Origin: a virus
Taxonomy: Duplodnaviria > Caudoviricetes
DNA: 64,000 nucleotides
Reading direction: 5' to 3' (one strand)
IMG/VR virus record: IMGVR_UViG_3300013947_000021
Coordinates: 32,001-96,000 of that record
In this document: positions 20,424 to 31,662 of the stretch, in pieces
Position numbering within the stretch: the stretch's first letter is position 1
Layout of the letters: the number at the start of each line of letters is the position of its first letter
Notes under the pieces: generated by a model
Databases searched by the model: none
Told to the model about the DNA's origin: nothing
Seen by the model: only the letters and a program-made list of their open reading frames with translations
Program-made: the position numbers and the translations under genes

Positions 20424-21299
20424 ATGGAAACTCAGAAAATTTACACAGGAAGCAAGTTTTTTAAGTACAATGATAATGAAGAGGCAGACATACTCAGAGT
20501 TATCAAAGAAGATGAAGCAGCTAATATAATTTACTGCAAAGACAGAGAAGGACATAAATATAAGATTTCTAGATCTGATCTTTTAGATAATTATACTATG
20601 CTTAAACCTGATGGCGTTCTCAATATTTCTATTGTAGAACTTGAAGATTCTTCTGATGTAATAGTAGCTCTTGCTAATATTAAGAAACCAGAAGATGGTC
20701 CTTTTGCAATATGCAGACAATCTATATATGACTTCTATACTAATGATAGAACTCCTGAAAGTGATTATCAACTTTATCTTGGAGTATCTACTAATAAGTA
20801 TACTTGTCCTGCAAATATAGATTTTAAGTGTTTAACAGCCTGTAATTCTATTAAAGATACAAGATTTGTCAATGTATATCTTGATGATACATTAGATAAT
20901 ATTCTTGATATTATTAGAACCAAGAGATATGATACTATTCTTAGGCAAGTTCATATGACTATGGATAAGATATTTACCAATAAAGCAGTATTCGGTTGCA
21001 ATGATACATTAAAGGATCTTCTTGTAGATAATAATTTTATGTATGATTTTCGTTCATGCTTTGATATATTTGAATTCGATTCTCCAATTGGAGATAGAGA
21101 TTGTTTGGATGCAATCAATCTTGATAAATTGGAGCAAGATTATCATGTCAAAAATGTAATGAAAACATATGTACTACCTTATACTAGAGAAGTAGATCTT
21201 TCTAAAGTAGTAAAGAAATATTTCTTAGCAGCCTCTAAGGCAGAAGACTATAAACCTATTTATATCGTAGCATACGATACTATAGATGAATTGAAATGA
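20424..21299 (+). CDS. Hypothetical protein
   Basis: 291-aa ORF with AAGGAG RBS. Confidence 0.7.
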   Translation: METQKIYTGSKFFKYNDNEEADILRVIKEDEAANIIYCKDREGHKYKISRSDLLDNYTMLKPDGVLNISIVELEDSSDVIVALANIKKPEDGPFAICRQSIYDFYTNDRTPESDYQLYLGVSTNKYTCPANIDFKCLTACNSIKDTRFVNVYLDDTLDNILDIIRTKRYDTILRQVHMTMDKIFTNKAVFGCNDTLKDLLVDNNFMYDFRSCFDIFEFDSPIGDRDCLDAINLDKLEQDYHVKNVMKTYVLPYTREVDLSKVVKKYFLAASKAEDYKPIYIVAYDTIDELK

Positions 21300-21412
21300 A
21301 TGAATAAAAAATATATTAATCACATAATATATATATGAGATTAGGATATGATTTTATACATATCATAACCTCATAATAAATTTATTATATAATAATTTAA
21401 AGGAGTTTTACC

Positions 21413-22168
21413 ATGGAAAACAACACCACTACAAGAGAAAAGTTCGCAATTAAGAGCAAGATTCAGGAGTTCCCGACCAATATGGGATCGTGGATTACAA
21501 CCTCGATCAATCTTTGTGAAGTAATCAATGCGTATTTTGGAGGTATATTTAAAGAATTTTATGCTTCCAAAATATACATCAATGATGGGCATGATGTAAG
21601 CCCGGCCACTAGGCGTATTCCGAATGGGGCACTCTACATCGATCTGTTCTTCTCTATGAAGAATAATATCGGAAATGGTATTACAAATGCCATTAAGCTT
21701 GTAGATGATAATTCTGATAATGGAAAGATTAATCAGAATGATCTTACTGCAATGTATCTTAATACGGTGAGAAGATACAATCAGACATCTGTATATGAAC
21801 TCACCGATGAGCTTAAGGACATCCTCGCTCCGTTTACCTTTGAGTATATCGATGAGAATACTAAAGTAAACTGGAATGAGCATAAGTCCGAAGAGCTTAG
21901 TTCGTTTGACAATTTCAATAATAAGGCAGAGTATATCTGCCGTATTAGTGGTCTTGATCTTGTCAAGATCATCGCTGCAATTTATGGCACAGGCTCGAAT
22001 GGTGTACGTTATGATTATAACGTTACTGTTCAGAATGTCATTCCGAGTAGAGCTGGTGAATATATTCTTAATGTATCCCAGCTCAACATGGCAACCGTTA
22101 GAGAGCTTCAGAGTGCTCTTGGCTGCTGGAACAATAATGGCTGTAATTACAATGTCTATCGTGGTTAA
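21413..22168 (+). CDS. Hypothetical protein, stand-alone and probably highly expressed
   Basis: Own early-type promoter (21322-21341), 5' hairpin, AAGGAG RBS, more C/G-ending codons than its neighbours, terminator at 22179-22204. Confidence 0.7.
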   Translation: MENNTTTREKFAIKSKIQEFPTNMGSWITTSINLCEVINAYFGGIFKEFYASKIYINDGHDVSPATRRIPNGALYIDLFFSMKNNIGNGITNAIKLVDDNSDNGKINQNDLTAMYLNTVRRYNQTSVYELTDELKDILAPFTFEYIDENTKVNWNEHKSEELSSFDNFNNKAEYICRISGLDLVKIIAAIYGTGSNGVRYDYNVTVQNVIPSRAGEYILNVSQLNMATVRELQSALGCWNNNGCNYNVYRG

Positions 22169-22246
22169 TAGCCATAATGAAAGAGGTGAGCAATCACCTC
22201 TTTCTTTTTTATTCAATCTTAATAATTATTAAGGAGGATTAATAAA

Positions 22247-22663
22247 ATGAAGGATAATAAAGAAAAAGAATTTAATCTTGAAATAGATGATTCTATTAAT
22301 GAGATTATAGATGAAGCTCCTGGAAGTAATAGCTTTATAGCATTACGTAAACTTAGATGGAGTGAGAATGGAAAGTTCAAGCTTGATATAAGAAAATGGT
22401 TTACAAATTCTGAGGGAGAAGAGATAGCTGGTAAGGGAGTATCATTTATGACAGATGATGGACCTGCTAATCTTATTGAAGCTCTTCTTAAGAATGGATA
22501 CGGGGATACTAGAAAGACTTTAAATGGTATCAAAGATAGAGAAGATTTTGCAGTACGAGTAAAAGAAGTACTGCAGGAAAAGAATATAAATTTAAATGAT
22601 GTAGAAATTCCTACTATAGATTCTATAGAGGAATCTTATTATGATCCGAGGAGTATATTATGA
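22247..22663 (+). CDS. PC4/YdbC-like ssDNA-binding protein
   Basis: LRKLRWSENGKFKLDIRKWF...GKGVSF motif pattern. Confidence 0.7.
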   Translation: MKDNKEKEFNLEIDDSINEIIDEAPGSNSFIALRKLRWSENGKFKLDIRKWFTNSEGEEIAGKGVSFMTDDGPANLIEALLKNGYGDTRKTLNGIKDREDFAVRVKEVLQEKNINLNDVEIPTIDSIEESYYDPRSIL

Positions 22664-23796
22664 GTTATACTGGGATACCAGAGAGAGTAAATGCTGTTGA
22701 TATTTTATATGGAGAATATATAAAATATGATCGTCTTTATGAAATGACGATGCATGCATTTTGCGGAAATGACAAAATAGATAGGACAGATATCTATGTA
22801 GATCTTTATTCTATCTTAAGAAAATTATATCATTTTGGTGATAGACTTGAAATAGATGATAGCTGCGGTATAGCATCATCTATTATTAATCTTGCTATAC
22901 ATCTTAGAGGTTTCTTCAATAAGATGGGAATATATTCAAGGATATTTTTAGTATATGGAGGAGCAAGAGATCCTCATATATTAAGAGATATGCCTAATTA
23001 TAATGCAGCTCATATTTTACAGGAGGATACCAATAGTCTTCTTACTAGTAGAATTATGGATGCATTGCAGATATGCCAGATATATACTCCATACTTACCT
23101 GATATATTTACATTAGTAGATAGAGAATCTGAATTTTCTTCTATGATTGTAAATAGAATTAATACAGATTTTGCAGCTAATAGAGAAGGCAAAGGATATA
23201 TAATCTATAGTAAAGAACTTCTAGCATATCAACTTGTAGCTATTTGTCCAAGAACTTTCTTATATAGACCTAAAAAGAATTATATAAATGATAGATCTTG
23301 GGTGGTTACAAAAACTTCATTATATAAAGCATATGGAGTTGGAGAGCTTGGATTAAAGCCTTTGGAAGATGAATCACTATACAATTTACCAGCCAAACTA
23401 TTTCCAATGATTCAGACATTGTCCGGGGTTAAGTCTAGATATAAAATAAGAGTAAACAATTTCAATATTATTTTAAAAATCTTTAATAAAGCTTTTAATA
23501 ATCATGAATTTGACAATGGTTATTCTTATCTTAATCTATGCACATTACCTTTACAATGTAATGGTATTTATGCAGTATTAGCAAAACCTGAGTATAAAAT
23601 AAATAAGCCAGAAACTGTAGAAAATTTCTTTAAGTTATTTTCTATAGTAGATCAGCTTAATAGAGGCTCGATATACCCGCCATATAAAACATTAGATTTA
23701 GATAATAATATAATAAATCTTTCTGATGATAATGCAGTTAAAGAAATTAATGAGAAGTATTTTTATAAATATCCTATCGATCTTATGAAGCTTTAA
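22660..23796 (+). CDS. Hypothetical protein, possible degenerate PIN/5'-3' nuclease-like fold
   Basis: 378 aa, ATGA-coupled to the PC4-like gene; IYVDLYSILR...RIFLVYGG. The fold guess is weak. Confidence 0.45.
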   Translation: MSYTGIPERVNAVDILYGEYIKYDRLYEMTMHAFCGNDKIDRTDIYVDLYSILRKLYHFGDRLEIDDSCGIASSIINLAIHLRGFFNKMGIYSRIFLVYGGARDPHILRDMPNYNAAHILQEDTNSLLTSRIMDALQICQIYTPYLPDIFTLVDRESEFSSMIVNRINTDFAANREGKGYIIYSKELLAYQLVAICPRTFLYRPKKNYINDRSWVVTKTSLYKAYGVGELGLKPLEDESLYNLPAKLFPMIQTLSGVKSRYKIRVNNFNIILKIFNKAFNNHEFDNGYSYLNLCTLPLQCNGIYAVLAKPEYKINKPETVENFFKLFSIVDQLNRGSIYPPYKTLDLDNNIINLSDDNAVKEINEKYFYKYPIDLMKL

Positions 23797-23865
23797 TCAA
23801 GGGAAAACATAAAGGTAATGCTTAAATGCATTACCTTTATTTTTTTTTATAAGGAGATTGAAATT

Positions 23866-25134
23866 ATGAGTAATGAAAACTCCGTATATAAGCCTGATGG
23901 TGATTTATATAAATATACAGCAGAAATGAAATTTGTTGTTGATAGTGATGATATTACTGATATAGATAGTATTAATATAAAATATATTATGGCAGATTAT
24001 AATTATAAAGAAAATAATATGCCAATGTTTTTTGTTACTGCTTCTCTTGATAAGAAGCTTGTTGATAAAATAGTCAAGAATCAGAATTCTGCATATTTTA
24101 TTCTTAATATAAAGAGATGTATTAGTAATTCTGATATGCCAGATTTTTATGTAGATTATATTAATGCACAGTTTATTTATTTTATTACTGACGATATAAA
24201 TAAAACTGAAGATGCTGATTATGAAGGAAATAATTCTGATAGAGAAGATATATATAAGCTGGTTAATATTGGTTTAATGTGTCTTGATCATATTAATAAA
24301 AATAAATGTGCTACTGTAAATGGTATATTTAATAAATGTAATTTAAGCAGTCTTATGTATATGGCTACTAAGCATCTTCCTATTCTTATAGAAAAGCCTG
24401 ATGATAATATTACATTTGACTCTATATTTATACCTCCAATTAATAGTACTTCTAAGCTTATTAAATATATAAATTCTATTCATGTTTTATATAAAACTCA
24501 GTATAGATTCTTTATAGATTTTGATTGTTCTTATTTAATATCTTCTACTGGAAAATTTATTAAGCGAAAAGGAGAAGATATAGGAACTATATTGATTACT
24601 TTAAAGAAAGATTATACTGAGGAATCTAAACTTCAAGGTATGACTACAGATGAATCACAATCGATGTATAATATAGTTTGTGATGGGTTAGACTGCGAAC
24701 TCGCAGATAATCGATATTTGGAAAAGAGCTATTCTAAAGTATCCCTAATAGATGCATCTGGGAACAAGATTGATAAAAGTATTAATAAAACTGAAGATTC
24801 ATTGATAGAAGATAAGAATAAATCAATGCGAATTAAGAATGATAATACTGGCGTAATAGATAATATTATTAATTCTGCTAATACTTCCGCAGTGCAAATT
24901 CTTATACAGAAAACTGATGTAGATTCTTCAGTTCTTACAATGAATAAAGAATATATTATTCATGCAGATGAGGTATATGGTAATACATATAATGGAAAGT
25001 ATATTCTCATTAGAAAAAGAGAAATGTATGTAAGAGAAAACAATAATTTTACTATGAATACTATGCTTTTATTCGAGAAACTTCCTGATAATCTTATCGA
25101 TCAAAATCAGATAGAAGCAAAGAAAATACATTAA
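23866..25134 (+). CDS. Probable virion structural (baseplate/tail) protein
   Basis: Start MSNEN after AAGGAG; late promoter at 23806-23817; beta-rich sequence. Confidence 0.5.
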   Translation: MSNENSVYKPDGDLYKYTAEMKFVVDSDDITDIDSINIKYIMADYNYKENNMPMFFVTASLDKKLVDKIVKNQNSAYFILNIKRCISNSDMPDFYVDYINAQFIYFITDDINKTEDADYEGNNSDREDIYKLVNIGLMCLDHINKNKCATVNGIFNKCNLSSLMYMATKHLPILIEKPDDNITFDSIFIPPINSTSKLIKYINSIHVLYKTQYRFFIDFDCSYLISSTGKFIKRKGEDIGTILITLKKDYTEESKLQGMTTDESQSMYNIVCDGLDCELADNRYLEKSYSKVSLIDASGNKIDKSINKTEDSLIEDKNKSMRIKNDNTGVIDNIINSANTSAVQILIQKTDVDSSVLTMNKEYIIHADEVYGNTYNGKYILIRKREMYVRENNNFTMNTMLLFEKLPDNLIDQNQIEAKKIH

Positions 25135-25170
25135 GGGCTAGCAATCCTTAATGTATTATTTTAAATATTT

Positions 25171-25190
25171 AGATATTATAATTTTGAATA
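25171..25190 (+). promoter_or_regulatory. Putative early promoter AGATATTATAATTTTGAATA
   Basis: Third copy of the motif, located after terminator 25125-25157 and before an AAGGAGG RBS. Confidence 0.6.
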
Positions 25191-25220
25191 AATATAATAT
25201 TCTAAAGGAGGATAATAAAA

Positions 25221-25583
25221 ATGAAAGCACGAATACCATTTAAAACTTCAAATCCATCTGGTCATAAAGCTATGATGGAAGAAATTCGACGGCAATGTGT
25301 AGAAATGAATAAAGACTACGAGTTTGAATTAGATTCATTATTCTTACTTTCTTTAGCAGAAAAACGTGGATATAGAAAGAAACGTCTTTATGATTCTTAT
25401 AAAGACGTATTAAGAAAACGAAGAGAGCTACATAAATATTATGCTTGTTCAGAAGATAAGGATGTAGGTATCGAATATATTGCAGCTAAGTATAAGCTGG
25501 AACATTATTATGGATATAATATAGAGGAAATTTATAATCGAATAGAAGAAGAATTAGATAAAGAGGAATCTAATAATGAATAA
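25221..25583 (+). CDS. Hypothetical protein
   Basis: 120 aa with a strong RBS. Confidence 0.7.
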   Translation: MKARIPFKTSNPSGHKAMMEEIRRQCVEMNKDYEFELDSLFLLSLAEKRGYRKKRLYDSYKDVLRKRRELHKYYACSEDKDVGIEYIAAKYKLEHYYGYNIEEIYNRIEEELDKEESNNE

Positions 25584-25824
25584 TAATGCAGCTACCCTTA
25601 AAATAAATTCTGAAATAAATGATTTAAAAGCACTATTAAGTACTATAGTGGAAAATGGGATTTCAGTACCTCTTATAAATGCTTATTCTATTTTATTATC
25701 TAATCTTAAGCAAGATCTTAATGCATTAGATATTTATACAATAGGGTATAAAGAAAACTTAAAAAAGATGTTATACTTAGATAGGCAATTAGGATGTATG
25801 CAAAGAATGCTACTAATGAAATAA
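25576..25824 (+). CDS. Hypothetical protein
   Basis: 82 aa overlapping the upstream stop; bidirectional terminator at 25830-25857. Confidence 0.6.
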   Translation: MNNNAATLKINSEINDLKALLSTIVENGISVPLINAYSILLSNLKQDLNALDIYTIGYKENLKKMLYLDRQLGCMQRMLLMK

Positions 25825-25866
25825 AGAATACCACTAGGAGATTATTCTCCTAGTGGTTTATTTTTT

Positions 25867-27951
25867 TTATTTTTTCTTTTCTTCAGCTTTAGCTTTATCA
25901 GATATATTCTTTTCAGTATTAATCTGATTAGAGTTCATAAACATACTAGCATGAGCTCTAATAATTTGAGAAAGTTCACTAGTAATAAATTCTGCTGCAG
26001 TAAGCTTAGATGCAAATATATCTCTATAGCAATCTATATACATTTTAAATGTATTAGCATTGTTTACTGCTACATTATTATTGTGACCATCATCATTATC
26101 AAGCTTGCCTTTTTCTATTTCAGCTTCAGTAATATATCTATTAAATAAAATAGAATAATAAGACTCATTCTTTCCAGAAGGAGTAGGCTTACTTTCTATA
26201 TTATTATTATTCTGCTGATTATTATTTGCTTCAGGTTTTATATTCTCTCTATTAGAAGCACTATTCTTAAGATACCTAGTAGACTCATTATTTAACTTAT
26301 CAAAGTCTGATTTAATTCCTCTAAGGAAAGCATCAGTATTTTGAAGAAATCTAATCATATTAGGCTTATTTGCATTTAATTCATTCTGATTAAATTCACA
26401 TTTCTTAAACTTTTCTTCAGGCATTGATGCTCCATAATAAACTTTACAAAAATCTGTTATAGAAGTATTCTTATCAAAATCAACCTTTCTCTTAGAGAAC
26501 TGAGATGACTGATTAAAATCTTTAAGAAGATGCTTCTGGAAGAAATCTTCTTTAGAATCTATAGATTCTTTATCATTAAAAGATACTACATTGATAGGAT
26601 TCTGAATTCTATACATTCCTGCAAGAATATCTCCATTAGATTTTACAGATTGAAGAGTAATAGGCTTATTTATTATCTGCTCATTTCTCTTTATATAATC
26701 TGCATTATACTTCATACGAATATTAAGTTTCTTATAGAAATTATCTATCATTTTCTTAATATTCTCAGCACCTTTTCCTAAAGAATCCTGAGCATTTGCA
26801 ACTTCTGCTTCTTTAATAGCATTAAGTCTCTGAATTTTATTTGGATATTTATCTGTAATAATAGAAGCTTCTTCTTTAGCAAGAGTCCTATAGAAGTTAA
26901 AAAATTCAAATAAGGTATCATTTGCTTCAGTATTAAGAATAGTAGATATTTTAGATTCGCTAGATATTATCTCTTCAGAATCGGTATCCATATTGGTATA
27001 TTCAGAGAATCTAGTAGACTCGTTCATCTTGGTATATTCAGCAACCGCTTTAATTATAGCTTGAGCATTACCAATATAAGTTCTAATTACAGCATCAATC
27101 TGAGCACCAATTATCTGAGAATAAGACCAGCAAATATTAACTAATTTATTTGCTGCTATTAATTGATCCCCTTCAAGATCTTTGGATAATTCCATAAAAT
27201 TATTAAGAAAATCATTAATCTTATTTCTATACTTATTAAACTTAGAATCATCAATTACTGGATGATCTTTGGCATAATTCTTAATATCATCTATTGTAAT
27301 ATTAAATTTCTCAGTTTTTGTTGATGCATTTTTCAGCAATTCTAAGTATTCCTCTATAGTTTCAATATTAGAATCAGGATCAATTTCATGTGCTAAAAAT
27401 CTTATATTATCTTTGAGTTTATTTTCAGATATTTCAGAAATTGTGGCAAGCCCATCTTTATCATTCTTAATAGCTATTTTAAATTTATCTATAGTAAAAA
27501 GAATAAAATCATAAGACATAGTTATAGATTCATCATTTAACTTTAATTTATACGCACTATATAAATCTACAGAAAGATTCATATTCCTATATTTATCTTC
27601 ATTTTTAGCAATATTATCAATTATTGCATACATTCTTTTTACATTAGTAGTTCCAGAGCTATAATACATATATAGTCTCTTAAAGAAATTCTTAATCTTT
27701 TCAATTACTTTTTTAATAAACTCTTTGAAATTCTGCCAAGCATTTTCAGATAATACATTTGAATATGAATAATATGATTTATTAGCCATCATTTTATACA
27801 TATTCATTTCATATTCCGTAGTAGCTTCAAGAATGCTATTATTACATTCCTGAAGTATATTCATATATGAATTATCTTTTTCTTTATAAGTATTTATTGA
27901 AAGAGAATCTAAATTACTCGATTCTGATAAAATATTAGATGAGAAATTCAT
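25867..27951 (-). CDS. Putative head/inner-body protein (paralog cluster)
   Basis: Propeptide-like N-terminus with x-x-E sites, then VLSENAWQNFKEFIKKVIEKIKNFFKRL amphipathic helix; a second similar unit near IKEAEVANAQDSL. Confidence 0.6.
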   Translation of the reverse strand: MNFSSNILSESSNLDSLSINTYKEKDNSYMNILQECNNSILEATTEYEMNMYKMMANKSYYSYSNVLSENAWQNFKEFIKKVIEKIKNFFKRLYMYYSSGTTNVKRMYAIIDNIAKNEDKYRNMNLSVDLYSAYKLKLNDESITMSYDFILFTIDKFKIAIKNDKDGLATISEISENKLKDNIRFLAHEIDPDSNIETIEEYLELLKNASTKTEKFNITIDDIKNYAKDHPVIDDSKFNKYRNKINDFLNNFMELSKDLEGDQLIAANKLVNICWSYSQIIGAQIDAVIRTYIGNAQAIIKAVAEYTKMNESTRFSEYTNMDTDSEEIISSESKISTILNTEANDTLFEFFNFYRTLAKEEASIITDKYPNKIQRLNAIKEAEVANAQDSLGKGAENIKKMIDNFYKKLNIRMKYNADYIKRNEQIINKPITLQSVKSNGDILAGMYRIQNPINVVSFNDKESIDSKEDFFQKHLLKDFNQSSQFSKRKVDFDKNTSITDFCKVYYGASMPEEKFKKCEFNQNELNANKPNMIRFLQNTDAFLRGIKSDFDKLNNESTRYLKNSASNRENIKPEANNNQQNNNNIESKPTPSGKNESYYSILFNRYITEAEIEKGKLDNDDGHNNNVAVNNANTFKMYIDCYRDIFASKLTAAEFITSELSQIIRAHASMFMNSNQINTEKNISDKAKAEEKKK

Positions 27952-28071
27952 AATAAACCTCCTATATTAATTTAATTTTATTTATAAGTTAAATGCAGTA
28001 AAATAATCGCTTTATTATCAAAAAAAAACAATTAAGTAATATATATTACTTAATTGGAGGATAAATTTATT

Positions 28072-28758
28072 ATGAATGAAATTCACTTTTTAAATGAAGG
28101 ATTATTTTCATCCTTATTTGGAAATAAAGAAAAGAATAAAATACTTGAAAATTATTCAGAATATGATTTGAAGATAAGAAAATGTTTGGCTATTCTTGAA
28201 TATAAACTTGAAAAGATATATACCCCTATATTAGATTCATCTGAATTTTTAATAACTATAGAAGATGATAATGAAAATGAAATGCTTAAATATCCTGGCA
28301 AGATTGCTACTAATATATTAAAGGCATATAATATTAAAAAATCTATAGATAAAAATAATATTTCTAATGAATTAAAAATATCTGAAGAAATATTAAATAA
28401 AATAGACCATGATATAGAAAATGAATCTTCAAATATTTATAGTAAAAATGATATGGCAAATGCATTGGAAACAATATATAGTTATAAATTAAATAGTATT
28501 TATCAGAATTATCTTAAATTATTAAAATATGATTTAGTTGATTGTGATGCTGTATATGAAGGAAGCGGAAATAAACCACTTACTATTAATATGAAGTCTG
28601 GAATAAATGCAGATATTATTAATTGTTTTATTAATAATTTTATTAACGATATTAAAAGTATTGGTGATATAAGCAAACAATATTTTATTAAGTTTAAACA
28701 AAATATAGATCATGATATATCTGATGCAATATCTGATATAGAATTCATGAATGATTAA
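28072..28758 (+). CDS. Putative head-associated protein
   Basis: MNEIHFLNEGLF N-terminus and ISDIEFMND C-terminus; late promoter at 28027-28038. Confidence 0.6.
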   Translation: MNEIHFLNEGLFSSLFGNKEKNKILENYSEYDLKIRKCLAILEYKLEKIYTPILDSSEFLITIEDDNENEMLKYPGKIATNILKAYNIKKSIDKNNISNELKISEEILNKIDHDIENESSNIYSKNDMANALETIYSYKLNSIYQNYLKLLKYDLVDCDAVYEGSGNKPLTINMKSGINADIINCFINNFINDIKSIGDISKQYFIKFKQNIDHDISDAISDIEFMND

Positions 28759-28761
28759 TAA

Positions 28762-28793
28762 AAATCCTTAGGAAGATATCTTCCTAAGGATTT
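28762..28793. terminator. Perfect 32-bp palindrome between convergent genes (bidirectional terminator)
   Basis: AAATCCTTAGGAAGAT|ATCTTCCTAAGGATTT. Confidence 0.75.
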
Positions 28794-28803
28794 AATTTAG
28801 TAA

Positions 28804-29461
28804 TTACTTTTGATCAGAAGTCCATGTAATATCTCCTGCAGTATACTTAATCTGATCCTTCCACCATCTAAATGCATAAATAAATTCATCAAGTGCTTCA
28901 TACTCATCAGTATCAGGACCAAATTCGGTTATAGTTGCTCTAATCTTATCAACAAATTCTTTAGTATCAATAAGAGGCTCAAGATTATAAACTACTATCT
29001 GATAAATTCTATATACCCTCTTGTAATATTCACCATCCGGATAACTACATTTCTTAATGAGGTTCATATACTCATTAGAAACTTCTTCTTTCTTAAAGTC
29101 GGCTCTATTAAAAAATATTCTCTTCTTACGCATATCATCAAAGATATTTCCTTTAAGAGTACCCTTAATTTCTGCAACTTCTTTACCCATATCATCTTTA
29201 AGATCTTTAAGCTTTTTCAAGCCAGTCTTAAGCATATTAAATTTCTTTTTACAATTAGCTGCTGTATCTCCACTAAAGAAATTCTTATAAAGATCAGACA
29301 TTATATCAGTAGAAGCTTCACAATGAGTAAGATAATTATTAAGAAGTTTATCAGTCTTAGCAATAGCAGATTTAGATACTTCTCTTCCTCCAGCAGTGGA
29401 GAAAAGTATTCCTTCATTTATAAGAAGAAATAGATTCATTTAAGAATTTAATATTGTTCAT
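28804..29461 (-). CDS. Putative head-associated protein; the RBS-supported start (29461) is one base out of frame with the 211-aa ORF
   Basis: AGAAAGGA RBS, then ATG AAC AAT ATT AAA TTC TTA AAT GAA TCT (MNNIKFLNES); removing one T near 29422-29432 continues into INEGILF. Confidence 0.55.
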
Positions 29462-29503
29462 ATTTGTATCCTTTCTAATAAAAAATAATATATTATAATT
29501 ATA

Positions 29504-31660
29504 TTACATAAATTTTATTTCACTAAATACATTATAATTATTAATTGATGTAAATAAAGATTCTTCATTTAAAAACTTTTTATAATCATTATAAAACTCT
29601 TCATTTTCAGCATCTTTATTTTTAGATTTATTAAATTTTATTTCATCAAGTTTTCTTTTTACCAAATATTTCAACTCATCTAAATCAAGCATCTTTTTAT
29701 TTTTTACAATAAAATATAACATAAGACCAGTACTATCATCATCATTAAATGCCCTTGAAATTGATAATGCACGGTTCGATCTATGAGTTATATTTTTTAT
29801 ATAATTTAAAAGTATGTTAATACAATCTTGCTTTATTGAAGGATATGTATTTTCAATTAAATCAATAAACTCTTTATCATTAATACCAAAACTATTGACC
29901 ATAAAATTCTTTATGCCATCTATAACTCTACTATATTCATACTGTGTTTTAAGATCGAAATAGCTCTTATATGCACCAATCCTAGATAAATATTTAAATA
30001 CATAGTATTTTTTAATATCATTATATGATATATTATTATCAGCAATTGCTTTTTTCAATCCGCTAGTATCAATAGAATAAAATTCTACATTTTCTTCATC
30101 ATCTGTATTAATTGGTTTAATTATTATTTTATCATAATAATCCTTAAGTATTTCTTTTACCCTTCTTGTTCTACATAAATCATATAACATATTAAATTTA
30201 TCATATTTAGTATTTATTATCTTAGCAAGCTTTCTTTCTGCGGATTGCGCCACTTTATAATATTCTTTATTTATCTTACCCATATTCATTTCTGTATTAT
30301 CTAATTTTGATCGATGAGGCTTATTCCTTAATGCAGATAAACAAACAAATTCTTCTATTGTAAATTCAGGTGCACATAATTTTTTAATTTTATCCACAGT
30401 TAATGAATCATAAAAAGCAGAGTTCTTTTTATCACGGTACTCCCAATTTTCATCATCTATGCCATTATCAACGACATCTATATTCTTAAAAGCTTTAACT
30501 ATTTCTTTATCAGTCTGTGCCTCTTCGACTTCCTTCTTATACTTATCCAGACCGGCTGTTATCTTAGCAGCATTTTCTGCAGCTATTTTATCCATTTCTG
30601 CTTTAATTCTAGCTTCTTCTGCTGCTTTCTTAGCTGCTATTTCTGCTAATTCTTTAGTCTTTTTAGCAAATTCTGCAGCTAATGTAGAATCTATAGAATC
30701 TATAATAACAGTTGATTCATCAATAACTTTTACTATGTAATCAGCTAATTTTTGATAATCACTTATTTCTTGATATATTTTTGTAGTATTTTTCGCGCAT
30801 GCATCAGATAAATATTTATTTAATTTTATTGAATTATCATATAACTCTTTTAAATATTTCTTCGAATCCTCAGAAGAATCTATAGTTATCTTTTTCTGAT
30901 ATTCTTTCTTAAGAGATCCATCTTTTTCATAGAAAGAATATTTTTTCTTTAAAGCATCACATACGTCATTTATATCAAAATCTTTACCAATATCAAGAAA
31001 TCCACCAAGTTCTTCATCATTTATCTTTTTTATTTCATTTTTTGCCTTATCAAGTTTCCTATACAATTCATCTAAATTATTTTTACAATCTTTCTTACAA
31101 TCTCTAATCCATTTATCTTTATTATAATCATAATTAGACTGTTTGTTTATACCAAATTTTCCTACATCTATAGCACTATCACTATTAGATTTAATATTTG
31201 ATTTACAATAATCAACACTATTTTTAATATCCATTACAAATGATCTAATTACTTCATCTATACCTTTAAACATCATTGAAACATTAAATTCAGTTTCTAG
31301 TTTACTAACAGTCCTAAATGCTTTATCAGAATCCAAGACTATAATTTCTACTTCTTTAAATTCTTCAGTATCTTTATCATCGTCTATATTTATATCTATA
31401 TCTATACCACGTATTTTATTTGATATATCTGTAAATTTTTTCTTTATAAATGCACCAAGCTATTTTAATTTATCCCATATCCATTTAAAAGCTTTCTTGA
31501 TCGCTTCTATAATAATAGTTTTGCCAATATTTTTAATATTAACCTCATTAAGTACATTTAATTCAGAAGGATTAAAACAATTACTAATATATCTATTTCC
31601 TTCATTAAATATAGTATTTATACTATATTCATTCATTATTCTTGTAGAATTATAAATCAT
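29504..31660 (-). pseudogene. Putative head/inner-body protein (718 codons) interrupted by one in-frame TAG at 31462-31460
   Basis: ...KAFKWIWDKLK*LGAFIKKKFTD... continues in frame for 41 codons into the 610-aa ORF. AGGAGG RBS is at the 31660 start only; C-terminus FSEIKFM. Confidence 0.7.
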
Positions 31661-31662
31661 AA

